Shown piece after piece: positions 27,201 through 41,400 of a DNA stretch of 64,000 nucleotides; position 1 is the first letter of the stretch, and each line of letters begins with the position of its first letter. The notes below the pieces were generated by a model. That model was not told where the DNA came from and made no database searches. It saw nothing but the letters and a program-made list of their open reading frames with translations. Where the stretch lies: the NCBI GenBank assembly GCA_965153455.1, contig OZ234494.1:11346001-11410000 (forward strand), given 5' to 3'. Made by a program: the position numbers and the translations under genes. This stretch comes from Sphagnum compactum. Its lineage: Eukaryota.

Positions 27201-29294
27201 ACTTGTACACTCCCAAGGATGAAGAAGAGAAGACCTCTTGTGAATGATTGGTTGATGGTGATAACATGTCCAGCCCTGAATCCAATACAGATGCTGTCTT
27301 CTCCACTTTTGCAAGTTTCTCGCTATTCATTTGATCATAGACAGATAGGAATGAGGTCAGAAGCCTCTCCAGCACACTGAGTGACACCTCTTCTGATTGT
27401 GCCACAGCAACTGCCAGTTCATCGAAGTTTGCTTCCATCTCTATCGCTAACCTCTCTGTAGCACCTGAAGTCAGACGCTTTGTTAGCAAACCATTCTTTA
27501 AAGGTCACACCATTCACGGCATTTGAACACTCTGAAAAGGTGTCACAATTCAGAGTATGCATCTTTTCTCTCTAAGATTGCTGCCCCCACAGCTAGTTAT
27601 AAAGTTCTTATGCTTCTAGCTTATCTGTTTCAGAAGCAAATTGGCAAAACTAACTAACCTGGACGTCGTCGTTTCCGGCTAACCGTCTCTGCCCCAGAAT
27701 TGAGGAGCCTAGATTCCTCCAAAGAGTGTCCAGAAGTTTCAAGACTATGGGCCAAGGCACTCCCAGAAGCAGGGGCAGACATCGAACCTGGCACATAACC
27801 CCCTGAAGCCAAGGTTTTCATCCCCAGGGCCCCATCTGGCTGCAGCAGCTCAGGCTTTGCATGCTCTCCAGCCTCCTCTGACATGTCTGGTTTGCAATAT
27901 AGAGGGAAGTAGACGTGTAGTTTCTCCCGAAGCCAAGATGCAACAAGGTTGCAGGCAGAGAGAGGCTCGAGTGACCGCACCACTCCCTTTCCAACCAAGA
28001 TGTCAATAGATGATGTGACACCCTTCTGGATCAAGTCCCGGTGAACAGGGTCATAGTGATCAATCAAGAGAAATAGAAACTCAAGGAGGGAATGTGTCAT
28101 GTTCACATACTTGGGGATGGAGTGCACCATAAGGAGGATGGCTGGCTCAATGTTCATGATATTATCCACCTTGCTCATGAAGAACAGCCAATCATAGAAT
28201 AGTGCAAGCTTTGCATTTGCTTCAACATGGTTGCTTTTACAGCATTTGAGAAGCCAACCCACAATAGCCCAGCGTGGCACAATATCTGACTGCAAGATTT
28301 GATTTGTTGGATGGTGAACACAACATATAAAACGGATGAGATCACAAACAAGGGTCTCACTCTCAGGGGTGGAGAGGTACCGTTGAGCAAACCATGTTTG
28401 ATTTCGTCGCTGGCTGCCCATTCTCACATGCGTAAGCATGAACCTGATCTGTGTCTCCATGTCAGGGGTGATGCGGGACAAAAGATATCGTGTGGGTGTT
28501 CTCACCACATAAAGCTGAGCTATGTCACCAAATCCTGGATCCCTAAAGGCAGCTGGATTTGACAACAAGTCTTGCCATATACACTCAAACTCTGGAATCA
28601 AGGAAACATCCTGGAGAAGCCGTATGAGGTCACGGCCAATCAAGATACAATCATGGAACTTCTCCCGTAAAAGACGCACACAGAATGTAGTTTCTTTCTG
28701 CCTCAATTCAGTCAGACCCTCCACTTTTGATGTTGCCATGGTGTGATCAGGTAAGAGGCGGAGATAGGTGTAAAGAGCCATCGTGAACAAGGAGGGTTTC
28801 TCATCCAGCCACAACACATTTGTCTGCAGGATATCCAGAAGTTGCTCTGCAAGCCATACATTTCCAGAGCTCAGATCTCCTCCAGAAACTTGACGGAGAA
28901 GCAACAAGCACAAAGGTTCAACATCCACAGCATCCAGTTCGATAAGTTGTCGAAGGAGCCAAAGGATTTGACTGCGTGGCCATTCAAGAAGCTTTGGGTA
29001 AAACTCATTGACAAGGCGACGAAGAAGAGAGACAAATGGTGCATATCCATCGCTGGTTGAAGCTGTTACAGCTGTGAGACGGGTCAGGTAAGAAGCTGAA
29101 GAACTAAGGTTAGGACTAGTGAGAATGGCATACAGTATTGCTTGCAGAAGCTGTGGTGTGGTGGCTGGAGAGTGACTAAGATGGTAAGAAGAAGTAAGCA
29201 CTGTCTGAAAACTTGTGTAAGACTGTTGCAACTCTCTTTCAAGCTCCTCAATTGTTTCATATGCACTCCTGTGCATGAGTTTTGACATAGCCAT
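24248..29294 (-). CDS. INTS3: Integrator complex subunit 3 (INTS3/SOSS-A homolog), 5 coding exons, ~1164 aa
   Basis: Exons 29294-27659, 27464-26975, 26525-25664, 25502-25213 and 24464-24248 total 3495 nt, all GT-AG and in frame. INTS3 motifs include DLIRFICCVHHPTNQILQSDIVPRWAIVGWLL, AKLALFYDWLFF, NIMNIEPAILLM and the C-terminal SLSWEFMEQQYFWRL. Confidence 0.9.
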
Positions 29295-30596
29295 GGCTGG
29301 TGGGTGATGCAAGCCAGAGCTAACTCTTCAGCCCACTCCTACAGAGCTTTACAAGACTCTGCAAAACTTTGCAAAGCAACCAAAACAAAAATGATAGCCA
29401 AGTTGCTTTGCCACAACTGCTGCCACTTCTTCTTCAGTTTTTCGTGCACTGCCATGGCTCCCTGTGAAGATTACTCGGCCATTACAACAACGTCTAACTA
29501 AGGTTCTCCAGGGCCCCAGAATCCACTGTCTTCTCATCTAGGGTTTACTGGGGCATGAATGTGTCTTCAGGATCTACTAAGAGGTGTATGCTACAAGGTC
29601 TACATTTGTGATACCCCGTCTCCATCATGATCAAGCTGGTTAGTCTTTCACAACAACACTGTCCCTGAATTTGGATTGCAGCTCATGGAGTGACCATGCA
29701 CCTGTCATGCTGAGATCTGTACCTACAACACAGAAACAGAAGCCCTTGCCATTTCTGGATTAAAATCTGACAGATGCATACATTCAGAAAGCAGAAACGA
29801 CATCTCTCTCTCTCTCTCTCTCTCAAGAAATACCAGCCTAAAAGATAAACCTTAAACCTTAATTCTTCCCAAAATGACAATAATCCAACGACCACAGTCA
29901 AATCAACAGCGGCATAGTTTAACTGCTCAGAGATCTGGAGGTTTAAGCGAAGTCCCAACACGGTCCCAAAATCAATACAACAACACAATGCCACAATCAT
30001 TTCGTGGTCAAAACAATAACACTGCAACCGTCTGACTGACTTAGGGTTCCAAAACCCTAAAACCAACCCCGATACTTTCAGGCTTCCAAAAAATCATCAT
30101 CCAGCAGAGACTACGAAAAACTACGACGCCTCTACGATTCCATGCTACTCGACCACGAACATGGAACCCCAAAAAAAAAAAAAGTTGTCCCGAAACCTTC
30201 ACTTGCTCGTTGCAATAACGACAATACTACCACCGTGCAATTTTCCTCAAACGTTGCTACATTCTCTTTAAATTCCTTTACACAAAAATGTACGCAAGTC
30301 TCCATCCTTCTCATAGGGCTTTGATCTTACCATAACTCTACTGCATCTCCTTCCGCCCTTTCTTCCCTTACAAATTCCGCAATTGCACACTAAAACAAGA
30401 ACCCCAATAACGGAAAAAGAAAAAGAAAAACTACGAATAGAGATGACGAGTACCGTGGTTCCAAAAAGCCGTGACCCAATATCGTCATTACTGGGCCGTA
30501 GATATCCCCATGTGCAGGCGCAAGCGCCGTGACCCGTGGTCGAAGAAAAGACGGACCAACGATGATGATGGGGAAGCAGCCAACGAGCGAACGAGC

Positions 30597-30605
30597 TTAG
30601 GGTTT
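30597..30605 (-). promoter_or_regulatory. Telo-box (AAACCCTAA) in the INTS3 5' region
   Basis: TTAGGGTTT on the plus strand within the GC-rich leader region of INTS3. Telo-boxes are common near plant housekeeping transcription starts. Confidence 0.4.
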
Positions 30606-31000
30606 GTCGCAACAGCGAGCGCAGCAGCTACTTATGGTTGCAGCAGCAGCGATGGAGTCAGGAAGCCGGAAAGCTCCCATGACGTTCCCGAAGCAGTTCC
30701 CCCAAAAACTCTCCAAACTGTACGTAACTTTCACTCAGAACTGTTCCTTCAAATCTCATACAAACGTTCCCTATCAAAAGCACTCGTTCCCAAAACAAGT
30801 TGTTGTAGTTGTTGCTAATTTGTGGTTACCTACTCACCTATTTGTATTTGTTGTTGTTGGATTTTATTTTTATTTTATTTTATTATTTATTTTTTGGAGT
30901 GGTTTGTTGGGAGGGTTTAGGGTTTATTCCTTTGCTTTTCATTTGGGGGTATTTTTTCTAACTCTTTTTTTCTTTCAGATTTTTTTTAAAAACTAAAAAA

Positions 31001-31436
31001 TAAATTGTTGATGTTCTCAAACGTATCCCATTACATGTAAATCATAAATTGTTGATGTTCTCAAACGTATCCCATTACATGTAAATCATAAATTGTTGAT
31101 GTTCTCAAACGTATCCCATTACATGTAAATCATAAATTGTTGATGTTCTCAAACGTATCCCATTACATGTAAATCATAAATTGTTGATGTTCTCGAATGT
31201 ATCCCATTACATGTAAGTCATAAATTGTTGATGTTCTCCAATGTATCCCATTACATGTAAATCATAAATTGTTAATGTTCTCAAACGTATCCCATTACAT
31301 GTAAATCATAAATTGTTGATGTTCTCAAACGTATCCATTACATGTAAATCATAAATTGTTGATGTTCTCAAATGTATCCCATTACATGTAAATCATAAAT
31401 TGTTGATGTTCTCAAATGTATCCCATTACAATGTAA
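31001..31436. repeat. Minisatellite, ~10 copies of 44 bp
   Basis: Unit TAAATTGTTGATGTTCTCAAACGTATCCCATTACATGTAAATCA with period 44 (one 43-bp copy), head-to-tail with no spacers. Confidence 0.97.
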
Positions 31437-34400
31437 TATGAGCAAAGGTTTTATGTACAATAAAGTCTTTAGCCACAAAGCCTCATGGAAATTGGGCATG
31501 CGCACTCTTGACTCCACCTTGCCCAAGCCATTATTCTAGCTAGTGATACCCATGTCCTTGAGCTTTTACCTACCATAAAGTGATATGGGCATAAATAGTG
31601 CTCAAATGTTGCAAAAGGTTGGGCATCTAGTCAGCCTTTATTTTTGTATGAAATTTCATACTATTATGAAATCTGGAAAGAAAAAATACTTATTACAAAT
31701 TCGATGATTTAGTTGTTTTTAACTTGGCAAAATTCAACCAAAGCTTCTAAGGAAAATCACTAGACGCTTATACATTGCTCAAGTAAATAGCCAAATATAT
31801 ATATATATAGTTGTTTTAATTTTTTTTCTTTTCATATTTGTTAATAGCCAAATTTGGGGAAAATCAACTTCAGGATGATCACCACTAATTACATTGAAAA
31901 TTGAAAAAAGAAAGAAAAAGTTGTAGGTTGTTTTAATTACAATAGTTAGATTATGAAAAGCCAATTAATCATTATTGATTAAAACATAAAATGTTTTTAT
32001 TCTCTCATTTTTTAATAAAGATAATGATAATTTTTGGTTTGGTTTCCATTCTCGCATTTCAATTTGTTTTGAAATAGTGTGATAAATTTGACAATAATAT
32101 TGGTATCTACATTCACGAATTAAGGAGCCACATGAAATGTAACCAATGTTTAATTTACATGACTAAAATCATGTTTTATTCCAAATTCTCATGAATGTTT
32201 AATAAATTTAAATCATAATTTTTTAATATTATTCTAGTGATGATGATTTCATTGGACCTAGTTTAGGTGGGATGGGCTATAATTGTAGGTCATACATAAA
32301 GACAAATCCAAACTGCAAATTTATTACAAGTCAATTCCAAACTGGAATTTTTTTTAAAATAAACATTTTATAAGTCTTAATGTTTTAAAATGTCCTTATG
32401 AATCCATAAGATATTGAAAGAGAAACAAATCTCTTTAATTTTTTCAATGTCTTTTGGAATCTTTATGTCCTTTCCAAAAAAAAATTGAATCTTTGCATCT
32501 TTCCAATTTCATACACATATTTACATGTAATTTCATACAAATGTAAATATGTGTTATTTCATTTGAATATGTTTAGAATATTTCAAGAGATTAACATTTT
32601 TTTTTTCTTCAAGATTAAGCTAGTTTCCAGTAAAAGAATTACCCTTAAATATTTAATTCAAGGATTTAATCCCCAATTGTTTACCTGATTTAATGTTTAT
32701 CCACTTTAATTGCTTTCAAAATTTCAAGGAATTAAAAACATGGGTGGCTGATTAAATTTCCCCTTGGATGATAATTGAACAATATTTTGTACAATTTGAA
32801 TCCAATATATATATACGAAAACTTTTTAAAAATTCAAATGTAAACCCTTATTTCTTTTTTGCCATTTCATCATCATTGATATTACGTAGCAACGTGGAGC
32901 CCTAGTACTGTAATATGTGATAAATTTGAAAGTAATCCAATAAATATCAAATATTTAAACACATTCTTAGATAATGTAACCAATGTTTAATTTATTGTTT
33001 CAAAACATTTAAACATTATGTAAACATTTTTTTAATCAATCATAACTACAATATCACATGTGCTTACAACCTTAAGACTCCATGTTATGACTTTTAAAAT
33101 GCATGCCCAACTCATTAATCCATGAATGTACGATGACCCATTTAACACCAAACTGGACATCATGCAATTTTATTTGAAATCAAGACTAGTTATGTTTGTC
33201 AAATACATTTTAAAAAATATATTCAATATAGTAACACATTTACAAATTGAAAAATAGAAACATAGATTATTGTAAATTTAACTGGTGACAAGTTTTAGCA
33301 AAATGTTTTGGTTAGCAATAACCTTTCAAATTATCCACATGTTTTTACCATTTAATTCATGAGATTTTTGAAATATTGTCACCAATTGGTTAATATTTGG
33401 TATTGCACCAAAATGTATTGATCATTGGGTACATATGTTTAGATCACACAAATAAATTAATATATCTTTAATTAATATATAACCATTAAAAGCTTAAACC
33501 TATCTTACAAACATTTACCTGGGGAGGGCTATGGATGAAATTACATCAAATATGTGAATATGGTTAAAATGGAATATTAAGTTTTTTCTAAGTTTTTTCA
33601 AACTTTTTTTGTGCAAGGTCATGTAGTTTATTCAAATTTTTTTAGTGTCTATTGAGGATGGATTTGATTTAAACAAATCAAATACGTCATGTCAAAATTG
33701 TACAAAATTGAATCAAAATTAGTTCAAAAATTGATAGTTAGAACTTTAGTCAAAATCAACTTGGAACCATTTTGGGAATGGACCACAATTTGATTGGGAT
33801 TGACATGGCCTTGAAAAATTACTATTAATTTAGCCTCATTAAAATCCACCTAGATCTAAAATATGTTCAAGATTGGACCTACATCTAAATCACAAACTAA
33901 TTTGGATGGATGTCCAAATGGATGTGGCCTAGAAAAATCAAATAAATGACATAAAAATTTCCATCAATTGTAAACAAAATTAGTTTGAAAATTTGAAATC
34001 AATAGTAACCCTTTAAAAGTCCCTACAACTATAGCACCCCCCCAACCCCCCCACTTCCCTTTCCCCAAAAAAGATGTTAGCTCCCATAACCTCTTACAAC
34101 TATGGATTTCATTGATAGAATTGAATTACAAATCCAATTGTTCGATTCAACATTTACAAATTCATGGTTTTTTGATAAAAATTTCAACCAAAATCAAGTA
34201 AAGGACGATGAGATAGCAAAACTAAAATGAGTTCAAATAAAATAAGCAAATGTTGCTCAAGCTTTGGATTTGTAACTTCAACAACCAAAAGAAACTTTTG
34301 ACATGAATTAATGCATGTGTTATAATATGGCACTCACAATGACTAATTACCTACTCATAAAAAAAAAACACCAAATTATGATTTTTTTTCATTAGAATGA

Positions 34401-37151
34401 AACCTTGAAAGTTTTGGAACAAAAATGTGAAGAACCTTGAAAATGGACAAGAACTTCAACATGAAACCATTATTGGAACTCTTGGGTCAATTCATAAATG
34501 AGTTTTCAAAGTTAGCCCAACTAGGTTAGGAGGGATAATTAAGGTTACACTTTGGTCCCTAAGCAACTCCCCTCACATGCAGGAAAGTGAATGTAGGGGT
34601 TTCTTAACAAACTTGTGCCTAAATCTACTTGATGTGCTCAAGCAACAACAAACCATTGGAAAGATATTCAACATGTGCATCCAACCAAAAAAATAAGGAA
34701 TAATGTTGTCTAGATCAATTCAAAATACCCAAAAAAATCTTTTATGGCTTATCAAGTGTTTAGGTGTCACACAAAATAACATGGTGATAATTAATTTTTA
34801 TTCAAATTTTCCTTTCATGGGTTGTTAAACAAGTAATTAAGAATTTTTTAAAATAACCATATAGAATCAAGTTTTAAATCATCATATATTCACAACATAT
34901 GACAACAACCTATCAATCATGCTAATTTGATATTGAATGTCAAAATTTTCACCTTTTGAATATATGGTTAAACACTTCATCTATTCCCATGTATTCAAAT
35001 TTAAAGAATCATTGTATGAAGCTTGCAAATCAAATATGGTTCACCTTCTAATGCCATTGTTTCCAAGTTTAGTTAAATGGGACAACTTTGGTCCTTTCAA
35101 GCATTTTAAGGATATCTTCAAAATTTGAAAATTTATACATTTTTATTAACTATAACATGGTCCACATGGTTGCCACACTATTTGCAGCCAAAGGATTTGG
35201 GAGCCAAACTACTTTGTGTGACCAATTTTACACAATGGTGATTATTCTAATTATGTTCACATGGTAACACAATATTATGACCACCATATAGCATGAGGGG
35301 TGGTAAATTTAACATGCTAGCATTTGGAAGGTCGTCATGCATCCTAGTAACCAAAAATTTATTGCTTTGGTACTTCCTAATGTTCACATATGAAAATGTT
35401 ATTAGACATACATGAAATATGAGCCTATTTGCATAAAGGATCAACATGTGATGATAACATATATTTTCTATTGCATCTTATTAAACCTTGAGAGTAATAT
35501 CTATGCTTGAGTTTTTTCCAAAAAAAAATAAAAATCAATTCAAGGTCCTTTTAGCCCCAAAAAATCATACATCTTCATCCCATCAATTTTTAATTCTTCA
35601 ACATGCCATACCCATGTGTCCAATTGGCTAAAGATGGAATAAATGCTTATATGAAATAAATAACAATATAACAAGTTCATTGGTCCTTACATGTCCTTTA
35701 AAATTTTCAAAATGATTATTATGCAAATAACACACTTCAATTTCAAAGTATTGCATTTTTTGCTTATCGTTTATTATTTGTGGGCTGATTTTTTAGACTC
35801 TTGCAATGATAATTTCCAAACATACTTGGTAAGTTGAAAAGTTTGATAGTGAATCAAATAGTCCAATTATTAAAAACTTGTGCTACAACTAATTAAATAT
35901 AATAAAAAACATGTAGAAAAACATGTAGAAAATTGGGTTTAGTAGAATTGGGTTCCAAATCAAATTTAGAGTACATTAACACATATTTCCATTTTTTCAC
36001 ATTCAAAAACAATGGAAAACATTCAACCATCACAAAACATTTATCAGTTCAAACAAGCAAATGTAAAATACATTAAAACAAATGTCATACAAAAGTTTCC
36101 ATAGTGAGTAATAACTTTTGTCCAAGAAATGCTAGTGTCTATCACATTATGTATCTTATTATTTAATTTCACAAACTTCACACACGCTACATACTTTGCT
36201 CCCTCTCTCTTTTCTACCTCCTTTTTTATTATTATGTGATTTTTTTTCATAATTCATAATCTATTCATTAAATGACATTCTATTTTTACCACCTACATTT
36301 TTAAATTAATGTACTTACCATTTTTATTTTAAAAATATTACCCAAATTTATTACATGTTAATTGTAATGTATTTTGTGGTTATTAAATTTTGCAAAACTA
36401 AATGACATTGTTGTGTATTTTCAATATGTTTCAACATACACACACACACACACACATAATTACACGTAAAACGAACGTGGGCCTGTCTTTGCCAATTTCA
36501 GCTACTATAGATATTTGGCTATATTTAACAAAAAAAATTTGGTTAACATAATTTATTATGCACCTTAGGTTTGTCAAGTGTATTGATGATCAAATAATTT
36601 TCCTAATTCACAATTTTGTAATGAAATGCAAATCTAACATGTATTCATTATTTCAAAACAATAAACAACTTGCGAAAGTTTCAAGATTAAAATTTAAATG
36701 AATTCCTAAATTGAGTTTGCAAATGTGTCAAATTGCAGAATCCAAACAAAAGGAATGTTAGTGCATTTTGAAAGCAAAATGGTGGATGAATGAACCATAA
36801 GGTAATTCATCATCGTAGCCCAAACTTGAGAAGAGACACCACTATCCTCCTTATAGTATATTTTGCAAATCTCACCAAAATTAGATAAAAATGATCATTT
36901 TATTCAAAACTTAGAATCCCCTCCAAAATGAGGTTCATAACTCATTTTGTATCCAAATTGAAAGATCTCAACAACAAACTTGCAATCTTTCAAAACACAA
37001 ATTCAATAATGTATGAAGCTCCTCAATTGGAGTTGATTTGACTCTTCAAAAAAATCAATTATGTAAGAGCATGCCCATCGATAACCTTCTATCAATATTT
37101 AACAAATTGAATGTGCATTGTTTTAGTTTCTTCTTCATCCCAACCCACCTA

Positions 37152-37628
37152 TCTATGAAGGTAACTTGTTTTGTTTTTTTGTTTTGTTTTGTCACACTGA
37201 AATCTCGCAAATCACAATGTTTCATGCTGCACTCTTGTTATCGTTAGAAAGCTCTTGATGAGTAGGGGTGCACCAACTTGGTTTGAGACTGGTTAGAGCT
37301 TTGGTGTGGAAGCTATTGATTGTAGAACCATTTTCTCGATGAAAACTAAATAAAATCAAAACCAAAAACTGTATATTGGAATTTGGGGGTGTTCTTGGTT
37401 TGGAAAGCCTTTGACAAGTCACATTTAACAAAGTTGATTTCACAAATTTTTAGAGCTAAGGTGTATAAGACATTGATTTTGAGTGCATTTTTTTGTTGCT
37501 AAAAAAATTCAAACAAATTACAAAAATTAGGTTTGGAAGGAAAAACATCATTGGGAGGCCTCAATGAGTTCACATTGCTGAATTCAGAAAATTTTAATTA
37601 TGAAAAAAATGTGAGAAATGATCACTAG
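37152..37628 (+). mobile_element. Non-autonomous Helitron-like element, copy 2
   Basis: Begins A|TCTATGAAGG and ends ATCACTAG|T (TC...CTAG inserted between A and T). Homologous over ~450 bp to the reverse complement of 4805-5301. Confidence 0.7.
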
Positions 37629-37789
37629 TGAACCTAAAAAAGATGAACTAAAAAAGAACACTCTTCCAATGCATTATGAATTGAAATGTGCATTTTTACC
37701 AACCCAAAGAAGATTCATAATGTTTCTTTTGTAAGTCCTATATTTCAAAAAAGTATTATGAAAAATAATTTATTGACGGCAGGCAAGGA

Positions 37790-38190
37790 TATTGTGTTTA
37801 GATTCATTGTATAGTAATGAAACCCTAAAACAATGCACCCAACAAACAAAGGGGGGAAAAGGAGGACAAAGTGAGAGGACCCAAGTCCAAGCCCAAAGGC
37901 GCACAAACTCAAAGGGGGATCAAAGTGGGCAAAGGACCAAATTATGTTCTAGAGATTGAAAAATAGGTAATATTTTGCGGAATTTTTTTGGGTCCCTAAG
38001 TAGTAGGTCTATTATTATTATATAAGGATTTTTTTGAAAAATAGGGTAATATTTTGAGGAATTTTGGCCCCTATATAGTAGGTCTATTTATTATATGAGG
38101 ATTTTAGAAAAATAAGGTAATATTTTGGCTTGTGTTGAAACTTGAGATTAGTTATAGAGTTATAATATCTTGAAGGATTTTGGTTTCTTT
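37790..38190 (+). repeat. Dispersed repeat, copy A, immediately upstream of OTP51
   Basis: Shares TAGTAGGTCTATT...GGCTTGTGTT(G/A)AAACTTGAGATTAGTTA...GAAGGATTTTGGTTT with 55045-55225. Confidence 0.7.
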
Positions 38191-38335
38191 AACTATGGGC
38201 AAATACAATGTTTTTTTTAAAAAAAATTTAGGGGTGGTGGTTCACCCTGCCCGGTACTACGGTAACTACCCGGTAGGGACAGAACCTTATCCGTTCGATA
38301 ACCGGTAGGGTCACCAGCGACAGGACAGCGCCTCT

Positions 38336-38371
<36 letters not shown>

Positions 38372-38484
38372 CGAGGGAGAGATTGTGTGTTTTGTGAGCT
38401 TGCTTGTGCGAGAGAGACGAAGGGAGAAGCACAGCATTTGTTGCAGAAGAAGAGGAACAACAAGAATTCGAGGAGCAGCCTGAG

Positions 38485-41400
38485 ATGTTATTCCTGAGAG
38501 CTGGGTTGCCCGGCGCTCGTTTGTTGCATTTTAACAATTCCACTTTTTGCAGCGGCTTCAAATCCGTCTTCTTCTTCTCAAACCAGCAGCAGCAATGTGG
38601 GGCGCCCTTACTTCCCTGCAAACGTAAACCCACATCCCTCACTGTTGCTGCTCTTTCTTGTACTTCTTCTTCTTCTTCATGTGCGAGTTTTTGTTGTTGT
38701 TGTTCTGCTTGTTCTTCCCGTGGGAATGTTTTAGGGTTAGGGTTTGAAGGTTGGGGTGGGTTCTTGAATTCCGTGCGAATTCTCAAAGGCGTGGCTTGTG
38801 AGGAGGAGCGGCGGTTGCGTCTGAGGAACGGTGGTGGTGTAGGTGCGCGTCTGCATGTCATCGCAGGCGCGCTCAAGGAGCGTGACGAGGAGCGGGTGGG
38901 AGGTGAAGGACGGGAGGAATGGTGGCGCTCGCCGCCTATTGAGCCATCTGGTGGTCCTTCTCCTCGTGATCAGCGTGGAGGAGGGGAGGAGAATTTTGGT
39001 AGGTCTAGCTATGGTGGTGAAGGCGGCAATAGCAGCAGCAGCAGCAGTAGGGGACGAGGAGGAGGAGGGGGGAGGGGACGAGGAGGAAGAGGGGGAAGAG
39101 GTCATGGAGAATGGATAGAGAGCAATGGTGTGAGCACCCGGGGTTTTGAGAGGGGACGAGGTGGAGGTGGTGGAGGAGGAGCGTGGAGAGGTCGTGGAGA
39201 TGGGGCAGCAAGCAATGGTGGGAGCATGGGAGGCTTTGAGAGAGGTAGGGGTCGAGGGAGAGGCAGCCGAGGGGCTCGAGGAGGTGGTGGTGGCAGAGGA
39301 AGCTTCAGTGAGGTAAGGTCGGAAAGGTTTGCAGGTTCTGAAATGTCTGATGGACCAAGAGGAAATGGAGAGAATTCTTCTAGTCGATTTTCAAATGCCA
39401 GAGGTCAAGGAAGAGGAGGGGGTTTAAGGGGCCGAGGTGGTCGTGACAGCTTTGGTGGTGATCAAAGAGGCAGAGCACCTGCAGGCAGGTCAGGCGAAAG
39501 CAATTTCAGGGACTCAAGAGACTCATTCAGACCTCCGGGGAGCAGGTTCTCTGAAAGCAATTTCGGAGATTCCAGAGACAGGAGATTCAGCAACTCTGGA
39601 GATGCATTTAGTGAAGGGCGAGATAGACCTCCGTCAAGTAGATTTGGCGAAACCAATTCTAGAGGTTCTAGAGACTCATTCAGAAACTCCAGGGAATCGT
39701 TTGGTGACCGAGGAGGCAAAGTGCCTTCGAGCAGGTTTGGTGAAAGCAATTTTGGAGAGGAGAGAGATTCTTTCAGGAGCTCCAGGGAATCATTCAGTGA
39801 CCAAGGAGGCAGAGCACCTTCAAGCAGGTTTGGTGAAAGTGATTTCAGAGACTCAAGAGATTCTTTCAGGAACTCTAGGGTTTCCCAAGACTCTTACAGT
39901 GAATCTTCCTCAAGCCACAGCAGGTATAGTAATAGGGATAGTGACAGCTATGGCGCAAGCAGCTCAATCCTTGATCGCAAAGGAGATGATGACCACGACA
40001 ACAAATCTGCACAGGGTTGGGGCAATTCCCTGGGTTCATATCAGCGAGCTCCAGAGAATGGGAGAGGCAGAAGAGAGACTTACAGAGGGGGGAGAGGTGG
40101 AAGAGGTCTGCCTGGACATCGATCCATCAAAAGAGCAGAAGGTGAAGAGAAATGGCAGTTCATGGTGAGGAAAAAGAAGGTAAGGCAGCCACGAGTGGGT
40201 CCGTCAGCAGGTAAGGCAGAGAATTTTGGTGATGACAATGATGATTACAACAATGACAATGATGAAGTGGATTCAGAGGAGGAAGATTCAGAGGAAGAAG
40301 GTTTGGATGCTCCCGCAGTTGATGATGGGGAACCTGAAGATGCCAAATTTGTACCGTCAAATGAGGTGTGGAGGCGGAAAAAGATCGGGTGGCTGTGCAA
40401 GGAGCTTCCAGGGTTGAAACCAGCTGGAATTGTTACGATCCTGAACAGCCAGCGGCCATGGATTACTGCAGTGGATACCAAGCAAGTCATTGATCATTTG
40501 CTACACACTGATCAAGTATTGCGGGCTCATCGGGTATGTTTTCCTCCTCTGTTGGCTATTCTCCGATTAAGTCCTCATTCCTTTTGCACATTTGTCCCTT
40601 GTTTTGCGCTGAAGTATAAACCCTAGTCACAATAATCCTCCACAAATGGATGGCCAGTGGCTGAATTGTGAACATGCTAACAAACAATCCATCCACTAAC
40701 CTTCTGTTGTGTTTGTTTCAGTTTGGCTGGAACTGACATAATGGTGACCTTCAGATTCTTCATGTGGAGTTTTCTCTGCAATTATGACATAGACATGTCA
40801 AACTGTATAGGATGCCATATTCCAGTAAAGGCAATATATTTTCTCGGGGTATTTTGTGTCATGCAGATTATTTGCTCATGTTTCTGCAGTTGAAGCCCAA
40901 ATTCTCATGTGGATATTTCTTTTGGTTTTCAGGTTTTGAAGTGGATGATGCAGCAGCCATGGTATGAGAATGACTTTGAGCTCAACACAAAGTTGGCAAA
41001 CATTTTGGGTCGCAAGGGCAAGCTCACACGCATGCGTGAAATGTTTGACACCATTATTCAAAATGGAAGGTCACCAATTGCAGCAACCTACACCATTCTG
41101 ATTGGTGCATATATTGAGGATGGAACAGCAGAATCCCTTGATGAAGCATATGCGATCTTCAACCAAATGGCACAGTTGGGTGCCCATGAACAACCACCCC
41201 AACTTGCCTGTTCTCTTTTTGAGGCCTTCTGTGACCGGCAAGGGGGAGCCAACCTCAGGCACCTGCACCAGGCAGACCCACTGTTTGAAAATATGTTGAA
41301 ACATCGAGGAAAATGGGGGAGCAGAATCAGCCCTGAGACATGGACAAGAATGTACCTTTCTTTGATCCACTTGCACGGTGTACAAGGGAATGGTCCAAGA

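Noticed and set aside
31001-31436. CRISPR-like array (also considered for 1942-2270, 46378-47131 and 50880-51156)
   Set aside because: Units are contiguous with no unique spacers, there are no cas genes, and the context is eukaryotic.
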